From: an uncultured Gemmatimonadales bacterium
GTDB lineage: Bacteria > Gemmatimonadota > Gemmatimonadetes > Longimicrobiales > RSA9
Assembly: GCA_963783305.1 (NCBI GenBank)
Contig: CAWAMW010000002.1
Span: 608,001-672,000, forward strand
Reading direction: 5' to 3'
Length of the DNA: 64,000 nucleotides
The position numbers and the translations under genes were made by a program. Every line of letters begins with the position of its first letter. The first letter of the stretch is position 1. Positions 10,118 to 18,323 of this stretch are shown here, piece after piece. A model generated the notes under the pieces. The model worked only from the letters and a program-made list of their open reading frames with translations, ran no database searches and had not been told where the DNA came from.

Positions 10118-10295
10118 CTCTCCCGGCGGCCGCGCGGCTCAATGAGCGCGTAAAGGTGTTGATCGCCCCCCCCCCGTCTGCCGCATGGTCCTGAGATCCG
10201 CCTGTCACTCGAATCTTGCCTGCGACTTCACCGTTGGAAAGGATCGCCTTTGCCGCACTTGCCTCCGCCCCACGGGGCCGCGGTCGCGTGCGCCC

Positions 10296-10742
10296 TCACT
10301 GCGTGGGGTCCGCGGAGCTCTGCGCCGCCCGCCCGATCCGGGCCGCCATCACGTTGAGCTGTGACCGCGACGGCACCGGCGCGTCCTCCTTGGGCAGCTG
10401 CAGGTCGAACACCTCCCCCTCCCGCACGGGGATGAGGTGGAGGTGGAAGTGGAGCACGTCCTGCCCGCCGGCCCTGCCGTTCGCACTGAACAGGTTGATC
10501 GCCGCCGCCCCCGTAGCGCGCCGGATCCCCGGCGCCAGCTCCTGCGCCACGGCGAGGCAGTGGGCGGCCAGGTCCTGCGGGGTGTCGAAGAGGTCGGCAT
10601 GGTGCTCGCGCGAGACGACCAGCACGTGTCCCGGACTGGCGGGCTGGATATCCATGAACGCCACGGCCCGATCGTCCTCGTGGACGATGCTCACGGTCTC
10701 TTCTCCGGCGATGATCCTGCAGAACACGCAGTGCTCGTTCAT
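10296..10742 (-). CDS. HIT family hydrolase
   Basis: CVFCRII, PGHVLVV, histidine triad HFHLHLIP. Confidence 0.95.
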   Translation of the reverse strand: MNEHCVFCRIIAGEETVSIVHEDDRAVAFMDIQPASPGHVLVVSREHHADLFDTPQDLAAHCLAVAQELAPGIRRATGAAAINLFSANGRAGGQDVLHFHLHLIPVREGEVFDLQLPKEDAPVPSRSQLNVMAARIGRAAQSSADPTQ

Positions 10743-10777
10743 GGCGACCCGGCTCCCTGCTTCCTAGATTGGCGACA

Positions 10778-11446
10778 ATGACTGACCGTAGCCACGCTCC
10801 ACAAGAAGAAACGCGACCCTCGGATCGGGCGCAAGAACCGGACGACGGGTTCCGCGCGGATCTGCCGCTCGCGATCCTGGTATCCGTGCGCCAGCACGAT
10901 CGACCCGCCGAAGTCCTCGAGGACGAGGACCTCACCGCCAGCCTGCCACGCCGCCTGGGCCTGACCGGGGTGGTGGAGAGCCAGATCCATCGGTATCGGG
11001 TCGCGCGGAAACGACGCGAGCGGGTTCCGTTCGACGATGTCGCCAACCTGCTCCGCCTGGTGCTCCGGCGGCCCGACTCCGAGGCGATCCTGCGAGAGGC
11101 CGGGCACGACCTGGCACGTCATCACGGCCGCAAGATCTTCTATCGCCTCGCGGCCGTGGCCCAGCTGCTCCCCGACGCCCTCTCCTCCCGCATCGCCAAG
11201 CGGAGCGTGCGGCGGCTCATGCGCAGGATCGGCGGGGGCGTGCCGCTCCGCGTCACACGCTCACCGTTCCAGGTCGAGCTGAGGAGCCCCGTGACCGCCC
11301 GCGCCGACCGGTGGGGAGTGGCCTGCGTCCTGTACGGCGCCGCCATTGAGGAGGCCGTCCAGCACGCCATCGGGCGACGGCCCCACGTCCAGCACACCAG
11401 CTGCGAGGCCAAGGGGGACGAGCGCTGCGTCTGGACCGTGGACTGA
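10778..11446 (+). CDS. V4R-domain-containing protein
   Basis: C-terminal AC...G...HTSCEAKGDERCVW pattern typical of V4R. Confidence 0.7.
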   Translation: MTDRSHAPQEETRPSDRAQEPDDGFRADLPLAILVSVRQHDRPAEVLEDEDLTASLPRRLGLTGVVESQIHRYRVARKRRERVPFDDVANLLRLVLRRPDSEAILREAGHDLARHHGRKIFYRLAAVAQLLPDALSSRIAKRSVRRLMRRIGGGVPLRVTRSPFQVELRSPVTARADRWGVACVLYGAAIEEAVQHAIGRRPHVQHTSCEAKGDERCVWTVD

Positions 11447-11459
11447 GCGCTGCCCCGGC

Positions 11460-12605
11460 CTAGTCCTCGTCCCCTTCCTCGATCCCCGCCGCCTTCAGCA
11501 GCTTCATCCGGATCTGTCGGTTGAACGTGTCCCACTTCAGCCGCATGTGATCCGGGTCCTGCGTTCCCTCCAGGAACCCGACCGGGATCTCGAAGCCGCC
11601 CGCGCGGTCGCGGCCCCCGCCGTAGTACCGGCCGCGGAAATCGCTCCCGAGCGAGCTCTTGAGGAACTGGTCGATATCCATGGTGACCTTGCTCGTCCGC
11701 ACACTGCCCACCACCAGCTCCCGCTCCCCCTCGCCCTGCACGATGCCGTAGACGATGGCCGTGTGGACGTTCTCCTCGGTGATGAGGAAGTCGGCCGCCT
11801 GCGGGACCGCGTCGCGGTCCGCGTGCCGCAGATAGCCCACCCCGGCGAGACTGAAGCCGCCCTTCACGAGCCGGTCCGAGAGCGCCGTCTCGATTACGTC
11901 CATGGTCCCGTGCGAACGCTGCACCCGCATGATCCGCTCGAGCAGCTCCGGGTCGAGTAGCCGACTGAGGTAGCTGGCCGCCAGCAGCTCGTCCGCGCCC
12001 GCCCGCACCAGCCCGTTCGTCTCCGTACGGAGCCCGTGCACCAGCGCGGTCGCCAGATTCACATGCGCCTGGTTGTCCGGGTCCAGCTCGAGCGTGTGCC
12101 CGCTCCGGAGGTAGTCCGTGAGGATCGTCGCGGCGGCCCCCACCGGACGGACATCGGTGAACTGCGGCTCCAGCACACCCTGCGGCGCGTGGTGATCGAT
12201 CACCGCCAACGCCGGAACGCCGTGCTCGCTCAGCCGGTCCGTGAGTCGGGTCGTCGTGCCCTGGTTGTCAATGAAGATGGCCCCATCGTACCGGTCCAGC
12301 GGGAGCGCCTCGGTGAATCGGATCAGGTTGATGGACAGGATATGGACCAGCGCCAGGTTCTCCTGGTGGCTGATCCGACCCTCGTAGACGATGTCCACCT
12401 CGATGCCATGCTCCGCCGCCAGCGTCCGGTACGCCATCGCCGACGAGATGGCGTCCGGGTCCGGGAAGTCCTGCACCGCCACGATGTGCACCTCGCCCCT
12501 GTGGCTCTCCAGGAACGCGGCGAACGCCCCCGCCCGCCGATCGTCTCCGAAGTGCGGCGCGAGGTCGAGCATGCTGCGTGTCGGTGTGTCCGTGGCTGAT
12601 ATCAT
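11460..12605 (-). CDS. DHH family phosphoesterase (NrnA/exopolyphosphatase-related)
   Basis: QDFPDPDA, IDNQG, VIDHH, GGGR...AGG (DHHA1-like); start codon uncertain. Confidence 0.88.
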   Translation of the reverse strand: MISATDTPTRSMLDLAPHFGDDRRAGAFAAFLESHRGEVHIVAVQDFPDPDAISSAMAYRTLAAEHGIEVDIVYEGRISHQENLALVHILSINLIRFTEALPLDRYDGAIFIDNQGTTTRLTDRLSEHGVPALAVIDHHAPQGVLEPQFTDVRPVGAAATILTDYLRSGHTLELDPDNQAHVNLATALVHGLRTETNGLVRAGADELLAASYLSRLLDPELLERIMRVQRSHGTMDVIETALSDRLVKGGFSLAGVGYLRHADRDAVPQAADFLITEENVHTAIVYGIVQGEGERELVVGSVRTSKVTMDIDQFLKSSLGSDFRGRYYGGGRDRAGGFEIPVGFLEGTQDPDHMRLKWDTFNRQIRMKLLKAAGIEEGDED

Positions 12606-12751
12606 GGTCCCTGCTACCCGGTTCGGTGGGATGGGTTGCGAAGGCCGTGCCATGGCACCGCTCGGAAGTACGCCTGAGGCGTGCTGTTCGGCCGGTCGGG
12701 CTTCGCTGTCCCTGGTGGGGGGCGGGTATGACGGGGTTGAACATCCCGCGC

Positions 12752-13246
12752 GGGGTAACGACCTCGCGGTCGGGGGCCCGGAGGGGCGGTCAGGGGGCCG
12801 CGGCCGCGTGACGTGGTCGCTTCCATGGGACGGGGGTCGGAGGTCCGGCGCGACCGCTCGATGCTCAGGAAGCGCCCCCGCGCAACGCTTCAGTGAGGCC
12901 GAGGCTCTGAGGCCGCCAGCCACGGCTCGTATATGACGGGAACCCCCGACAGCTCGGAGGTTCACGACGCCGAGGCTCGAAGGCCCACGCGTTGCTCACG
13001 GCCCTCGACGCGTGGGGGATAAGGCACGCCAATCGACGCGAGGCCCCCATCCGTCGCTCTCCGCCTCCGACGCGTGTGGGGTTGACGCTGCGCTTCGGCG
13101 GAAACGACATCGAGCCGTCCGACGGCGGGCGCATCCCGCTGCTTCAATGAGGTCGGAGCCCGAAGGCCCCGGAGACGCCGAGGAAATCATCCGGAAGCGG
13201 AAGCTTCACCCGCTACAATGACGCCGGGGCCCGGGGCCCGGAGGAC
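12752..13246 (-). CRISPR. Degenerate orphan CRISPR array with type I-G (I-U)-like 36-nt repeats
   Basis: Repeat copies start at ~12752, 12819, 12887, 12959, ~13070, 13141 and 13212 (spacing mostly 67-72 nt). Best copy 13141-13176 is GCTTCAATGAGGTCGGAGCCCGAAGGCCCCGGAGAC. Minus-strand consensus GTCTCCGGGGCCTTCGGGCCCCGGCCTCATTGAAGC has an 8-bp hairpin and the 3' ATTGAAGC end. Spacers are unique, 32-36 nt. Confidence 0.7.
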
Positions 13247-13322
13247 GCCGCCCTCCGGCAACCTCCGGGGCGCTGTACGCGGGGGAACGCGGGCGGGCGG
13301 GCCGCGGGGGCTGATCGGAGGT

Positions 13323-13429
13323 CCGTCCGCGGCGGATGATCCGCGGCTGTCCGTGGACGCGGTTCCGGGGCTGTCCGCGGCGGGGGGAGGGTGTCTGTCC
13401 GCGGAGGACGCAGATCCGCCTGTCGGCAG
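13323..13429 (+). repeat. Array of CTGTCCGCGG-like decamers with 24-bp period
   Basis: Copies at 13323, 13347, 13371, 13395 and 13420. Confidence 0.7.
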
Positions 13430-13573
13430 GGGCACGACCCGGCCCGTGGCCGACCGGCCGTCCCACCCCGCCATGGCCGTGCCCCGGCTGACCGGCCACT
13501 CTCCGTGCGGTAACCGGGCGGAACAACCTGCCTGGCCCCGGAGACGGGAAAGCCGATCGGGAGCAGGGAGGCC

Positions 13574-14497
13574 ATGGAACATCATTTGGAACAACGGATC
13601 TTTGCGCTGGCGCAGCGACAGCTTGGTGTGGTGTCGCGACAGCAACTCCTGGCCCTTGGTCTCCGACCTGGGGTGGTTCGGCGGCGCGTCGCTTCGGGAG
13701 CGTATCGTCGGCTCCACCGCGGGGTCTACCTCCTGGGTCCCATCGAACACACGTATTCCCGGGAAATGGCGGCGGTCCTCGCCTGTGGTCCTGATGCCGT
13801 GGCGAGCCACCGCAATGGCGCGTGGTTGTGGGACCTGGTCCCTTCACCGGCGACAGGGAGCGCGGTGGACATCTCCGTCGACGGACGCCACAATACCGAC
13901 CGCCCCGGCATCCGGGTGCGACGGAGGCGGCACCTCCATCCCTCGGAACGCACTGTCCACCACGGTGTTCCCGTCACCGCCCCCGGCCGGACGCTCCTGG
14001 ACCTGGCAACGGTCGCCGGTCCGGATGAGCTCGAGCGTGCGGTTGCCCGGGCCGAGCGCGAGCGACTCGTCGGGGCACGCGAGCTTTCGCGGATGATCAC
14101 GCGGTACCCGCGCAGAGCGGGCGTCCCTGCTCTTCGCGCCATCGTCGAACGGGCCGGCGGCCCGGCGTTGACACGGTCCGAAGCCGAGGCCCGTTTCCTC
14201 GCGCTCGTCCGGCGCGCCAGACTGGCCGCGCCGGAAGCCAATGTCCGGATCGCCGGCCGCGAGATCGACTTCTTCTGGCGCGCTGAGCGGGTGGCGGTGG
14301 AGGTGGACGGGTACCGGTATCACGGCACACGGGTTCGTTTCGAAGGCGACCATCGGCGCGGCGCACACCTCGCGGCTCACGGGATCCACGTCATCCCCGT
14401 CACCTGGCGTCAGATCGTCGAAGACGAGGTGGGAACCGCCGCCGACCTGGCCCGCGCCCTCGCGCACGCGCAGGTCGCCCGGGGGCACGGGGCCTGA
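13574..14497 (+). CDS. AbiEi antitoxin-like wHTH fused to DUF559 (Vsr-like) endonuclease domain
   Basis: N-term LAQRQLGVVSRQQL...RRLHRGVY; VPVTAPGRTLLDLA; C-term RSEAE...IDFFW...AVEVDGYRYH...VTWRQI; GGAGG SD. Confidence 0.88.
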   Translation: MEHHLEQRIFALAQRQLGVVSRQQLLALGLRPGVVRRRVASGAYRRLHRGVYLLGPIEHTYSREMAAVLACGPDAVASHRNGAWLWDLVPSPATGSAVDISVDGRHNTDRPGIRVRRRRHLHPSERTVHHGVPVTAPGRTLLDLATVAGPDELERAVARAERERLVGARELSRMITRYPRRAGVPALRAIVERAGGPALTRSEAEARFLALVRRARLAAPEANVRIAGREIDFFWRAERVAVEVDGYRYHGTRVRFEGDHRRGAHLAAHGIHVIPVTWRQIVEDEVGTAADLARALAHAQVARGHGA

Positions 14498-14605
14498 GAG
14501 GGCACCGTCAGGCGGTGGGGTCTTGCGGGTCGTAGGCCGCCCTGCCCGATGGCCCGCCTCCTACTCGCCGGCCGGGTGTTGAGTCCATACCCCGCCTGGG
14601 GCTCC

Positions 14606-14708
14606 ACTCGCCGAGGGGCGCGAAGCCGACGCCCGGACTCGCCGAGGGGCGCGAAGCCAGACGCCCGGACTCGCCGAGGGGCGCGAAGCCCGACGCCCGG
14701 ACTCGCCG
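14606..14708 (+). repeat. Tandem repeat, ~32-nt unit, about 3.2 copies
   Basis: ACTCGCCGAGGGGCGCGAAGCC(N)GACGCCCGG at 14606, 14637, 14669 and partial at 14701. Confidence 0.92.
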
Positions 14709-14720
14709 CTCCGGGTGACG

Positions 14721-14897
14721 CCCCCGACCCGCGGAACGTAAGGGCTCCAGGCGACGCAACCCCCCACGGTCCCGGCCTCTCCCCCGTCGGGTGGGGTGTA
14801 AACGGCTCCAGGCGACGCAAACTCCTCAGAGGCCCGGGCTCTCCCCCGACCCGTGGGGCGTACGGGCTTCAGGGCGACGCATACTCCCCGCGGGCCC
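14721..14897 (+). repeat. Imperfect tandem repeat, ~60-62-nt unit, 3 copies
   Basis: CCCCCG...GTAnnGGCTCCAGGCGACGCA core recurring from ~14721, 14781 and 14843. Confidence 0.8.
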
Positions 14898-14964
14898 GCC
14901 GGCCCGCCGACGCGTGAGCATCTCGGGCCCGGGGAGGTGCCGCGCCGCGACCCAACAGCGAGCG

Positions 14965-16953
14965 TCAGCGAGCGTTCCCGCCGTGCCCGACGTCCGGCCG
15001 CTCCTCGTCGGCCGGCTGCTCGACCGGTGTGCCCATGATCTCGCGCAGCTCCTCGCGGGTGACGACCTCGTTTTCGAGGAGGGCCTCGGCGACGCGCTCG
15101 ATGAGGTCGCGATCGGCGGTGAGGATCTGGCGGGTGCGCTCCCGCGACTCGCTCACCATCCGGCGAACCTCTTCATCGATGGTGCGGGCGGTGTCTTCGC
15201 TGTAGCTCCGCTGCTGGGGCCAGCCCCCCTCGCCGTTGCCGAGGAAGGTCTGCCGCTGCTTCTCGTAACCCACGGCGCCCAGCGCATCGGACATGCCGTA
15301 CTGCCGCACCATGTTGCGAGCCAGCTCACCCACTCGCTCCAGGTCATTGCTGGCGCCCGTGGAGATCTCTTCGAAGACGATCTCTTCGGCCACGCGGCCG
15401 CCGAGCAGAACGGCCATACGGTCCAGCAGCTCCTGCCGCTGGAGCAGGTAGCGCTCGTCCTCCGGGAGCTGCTGTGTGTAGCCCAGCGCGCCCACGCCAC
15501 GGGGGATGATGCTGATCTTGTGAACGGGATCGGCGTGGTCCACACGCTCGGCGACGATGGCGTGGCCGGCCTCGTGGTACGCCACGATCCGGCGCTCCTT
15601 CTCGTTCACCAGCCGGTTCTTCTTCTCGAGGCCGGCGACCACGCGGTCGATGGCGGCGTCCAGGTCCACCATGGCCACTTCGGTCTTGTCCTTCCGCGCG
15701 GCCAGCAGCGCTCCCTCGTTGAGCAGGTTGGCCAGGTCGGCGCCCACGAAGCCGGGTGTGCGGCGGGCGAGGACGTCGAGGTCCACGTCCCGGGCGAGCT
15801 TGATGTTCTTGGCGTGGACCCGGAGGATCGCTTCCCGACCCTTCCGGTCCGGGCGGTCCACGACCACCTGGCGGTCGAAGCGGCCGGGGCGAAGCAGCGC
15901 CGGGTCGAGGATCTCGGGGCGGTTGGTGGCGGCCATGATGATGACGCCCGTCTGCGGATCGAAGCCGTCCATCTCCACCAGCAGCTGATTGAGCGTCTGC
16001 TCCCGCTCGTCGTTGCCGCCCATGGGGCCGCCAGCCCCGCGCGCCTTGCCGAGCGCATCCAGCTCATCGATGAAGACGATGCAGGGGGCGTTGGCCTTCG
16101 CCTGCTCGAACAGGTCCCGCACCCGCGACGCGCCCACGCCCACGAACATCTCCACGAACTCCGAGCCGTTCATGGAGAAGAAGGTCACGCCCGCCTCGCC
16201 CGCCACGGCCCGGGCCAGCAGCGTCTTGCCGGTGCCGGGCGCCCCCGCCAGCATGACACCCTTGGGGATCCGGGCGCCCACGCGGTGGAACTTCTCCGGC
16301 TCCTGGAGGAACTCCACGATCTCCACCAGCTCCTGCTTCGCCTCGTCGGCGCCGGCGACATCGTCGAAATCGACGCCGGTCCCTTCCTCCCCCACGATCT
16401 TCGCGCGGTTCTTCCCAACCTTCATCACGCCCGACGCGGGGTTCATCCGGCGCAGCATCCAGACCCAGAAGAGGACCATGAGCCCCAGCGGCAGGAGCCA
16501 GAACAGGGCCTGGCCGAGCCAGCTCTCCCGGGCCGCCTCGATGACCACGTCGTGCTCTTCGAGCAGCGGAACGAGATCCTCGTCGCCCTCCACCCGCACC
16601 GTGGACCACGCGTCCGGCACATCCTCACGCCCCTCGGCCCAGCTGCTGTCCGGAGTCGCGGTGATGGACTGGCCGCGGAACTGGACCCGCTCGACCTGGC
16701 CCGCCTCCGCCCGCTTCTTCAGCTCCGTGTACGAGATCTGCTCGGTCTCGGGGCCGCCGAGCAGGACGTTCAGGCCGATCAGGAGCAGGAACGCCAACAG
16801 GAAGTAGAAAATGGAGAAGCGGGTGCGACGGCTGTTCATGCCGCGCCGCCGGTCGGATTTGCCACCGCGACGGTCCGGCCCGCCCGGGCGTCCCCGGTCC
16901 TTGTCCCGGCGGTCGTTCGGCCCGTTTCTCCGGTCCCTTCTGGAAGGTGTCAT
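14965..16953 (-). CDS. ftsH: ATP-dependent zinc metalloprotease FtsH
   Basis: Two TM helices, [28 protein letters not shown]; start may be 16839. Confidence 0.97.
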   Translation of the reverse strand: MTPSRRDRRNGPNDRRDKDRGRPGGPDRRGGKSDRRRGMNSRRTRFSIFYFLLAFLLLIGLNVLLGGPETEQISYTELKKRAEAGQVERVQFRGQSITATPDSSWAEGREDVPDAWSTVRVEGDEDLVPLLEEHDVVIEAARESWLGQALFWLLPLGLMVLFWVWMLRRMNPASGVMKVGKNRAKIVGEEGTGVDFDDVAGADEAKQELVEIVEFLQEPEKFHRVGARIPKGVMLAGAPGTGKTLLARAVAGEAGVTFFSMNGSEFVEMFVGVGASRVRDLFEQAKANAPCIVFIDELDALGKARGAGGPMGGNDEREQTLNQLLVEMDGFDPQTGVIIMAATNRPEILDPALLRPGRFDRQVVVDRPDRKGREAILRVHAKNIKLARDVDLDVLARRTPGFVGADLANLLNEGALLAARKDKTEVAMVDLDAAIDRVVAGLEKKNRLVNEKERRIVAYHEAGHAIVAERVDHADPVHKISIIPRGVGALGYTQQLPEDERYLLQRQELLDRMAVLLGGRVAEEIVFEEISTGASNDLERVGELARNMVRQYGMSDALGAVGYEKQRQTFLGNGEGGWPQQRSYSEDTARTIDEEVRRMVSESRERTRQILTADRDLIERVAEALLENEVVTREELREIMGTPVEQPADEERPDVGHGGNAR

Positions 16954-17120
16954 GGCGGGCGGCCGGAGGGGCAAGGAACGTACCGTGCCCGGCCCCGTCT
17001 GGACCGGCCGCCGCCCGCGCGGTCGTTGCTCGCAGGCGGAGCCGTTCCTACCTTGCCGTTCGTCCAACCCGGGCGCGCGCGACCCGCGCCCGCACCGATC
17101 CGGGACCACCGGCAGGGGCC

Positions 17121-18323
17121 GTGCGCGCCATCCGATTCCACTACCGACCGCTCCGCTACATGCTGACCCGCGCGGCCTCCCGCAGGCTGCCGGGGACAGG
17201 GGCGGGACCGTTCGGCTTCGTCCGGCTGGACGATGTCGAGCCGCCATCGCTCCCCGGCCCGGACTGGATACGGCTGGAGAGCCGCCTGAGCGGGATCTGT
17301 GGCAGCGACCTGGGTGTGATCACGGCCCACGACTCGTTCGCGCTGGAGCCCTACAGCGCCTACCCGTTCACCTTCGGCCATGAGATCGTGGCCACAGTGA
17401 TCGGCGCTGGACCCGCGGTCACCCGCTGGTCGGAGGGCGATCGGGTGATCGTGAACCCCATGTTGAGCTGCCTCCAGAAGGGGCTCGAGCCGTGCCCGGC
17501 CTGCACGCGCGGCGACTACGGCGTGTGCCGCCGCGCCACGGACGGCCTCGGCCACATCACCGGCTTCAGCCCCCTGACCGGCGGCGGCTGGGGAGATCAC
17601 CTGGTGGCGCACGAGTCGCAGCTCTGGCCGCAGGGAGACCTGTCGGACGAAGTGGCGCTCCTCACCGACCCGTTCGCCTCCGCCGCCAAGGGCGTGTACC
17701 TGGAGCCGCCGGAGTCGGACGACGTGGTGCTGGTGTTGGGCGCCGGCACCATCGGCCTCCTCACCGTCCGGGCGCTCCGGCTCACCGGGTGGGAGGGCAC
17801 CATTGCGGTCTCGGCTCGCTACGGGTTCCAGGCGCGGAAAGCCCGGGAGGCCGGCGCCGACGAGGTGCTGGAGTCGAGTCGGGCGCTGTACGACTGGGCG
17901 TCGTCGCTCCCGGGTGCGACCGCTTTCAAGCCCACTCTCGCGCCCAGACTGGTGGAGGGCGGGCCATCGCTGGTCTTCGATACCGTGGGCTCGGAGCGGA
18001 CGCTGTCGGACGCGCTGGCGCTCACACGGGAGGCGGGCCGGATCGTGGTCCCCGGCGCGGCCGCCACGGCGAAGCTGGATCTCACGCGCTTCTGGCACCG
18101 GCAGCTCCGGGCGACGGGAGTGATGGTCTATGGCCCGGTCGAGCAGGATGGCCGCACACGCGACATATTCGATACCACGCTCGAGCTTATGAGGTCGACG
18201 GACCTGGCCACGCTCGGGATGGTCACGCACACGTTCGAGCTGGAGGAGTATCGTGACGCCCTCAGGGTCGCCCTCGGGAAGGACGCCCACGACGCCATCA
18301 AGGTCGCGTTCCGTGTCCGCTGA
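17121..18323 (+). CDS. Zinc-dependent alcohol dehydrogenase (MDR family)
   Basis: [23 protein letters not shown]. Confidence 0.88.
   Translation: MRAIRFHYRPLRYMLTRAASRRLPGTGAGPFGFVRLDDVEPPSLPGPDWIRLESRLSGICGSDLGVITAHDSFALEPYSAYPFTFGHEIVATVIGAGPAVTRWSEGDRVIVNPMLSCLQKGLEPCPACTRGDYGVCRRATDGLGHITGFSPLTGGGWGDHLVAHESQLWPQGDLSDEVALLTDPFASAAKGVYLEPPESDDVVLVLGAGTIGLLTVRALRLTGWEGTIAVSARYGFQARKAREAGADEVLESSRALYDWASSLPGATAFKPTLAPRLVEGGPSLVFDTVGSERTLSDALALTREAGRIVVPGAAATAKLDLTRFWHRQLRATGVMVYGPVEQDGRTRDIFDTTLELMRSTDLATLGMVTHTFELEEYRDALRVALGKDAHDAIKVAFRVR

Noticed and set aside
12606..13573. Short ORFs across the repeat region
   Set aside because: Pro/Arg/Gly-rich translations of repeats with no SD or domain signal.
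13574..14497. Complete type IV (AbiE) toxin-antitoxin system, or a cas gene
   Set aside because: No AbiEii nucleotidyltransferase is adjacent, and I see no Cas1/2/3/4/6 motifs in this or neighbouring ORFs.
14606..14897. Second CRISPR array
   Set aside because: Units are contiguous or share similarity throughout; no unique spacers and no ATTGAAG-type end.
14791..17166. 791-aa plus-strand ORF and similar long ORFs (e.g. 6064-7950, 19410-21455, 41776-44154)
   Set aside because: Antisense or alternate-frame shadows of well-supported genes, expected in high-GC DNA; no recognisable motifs.
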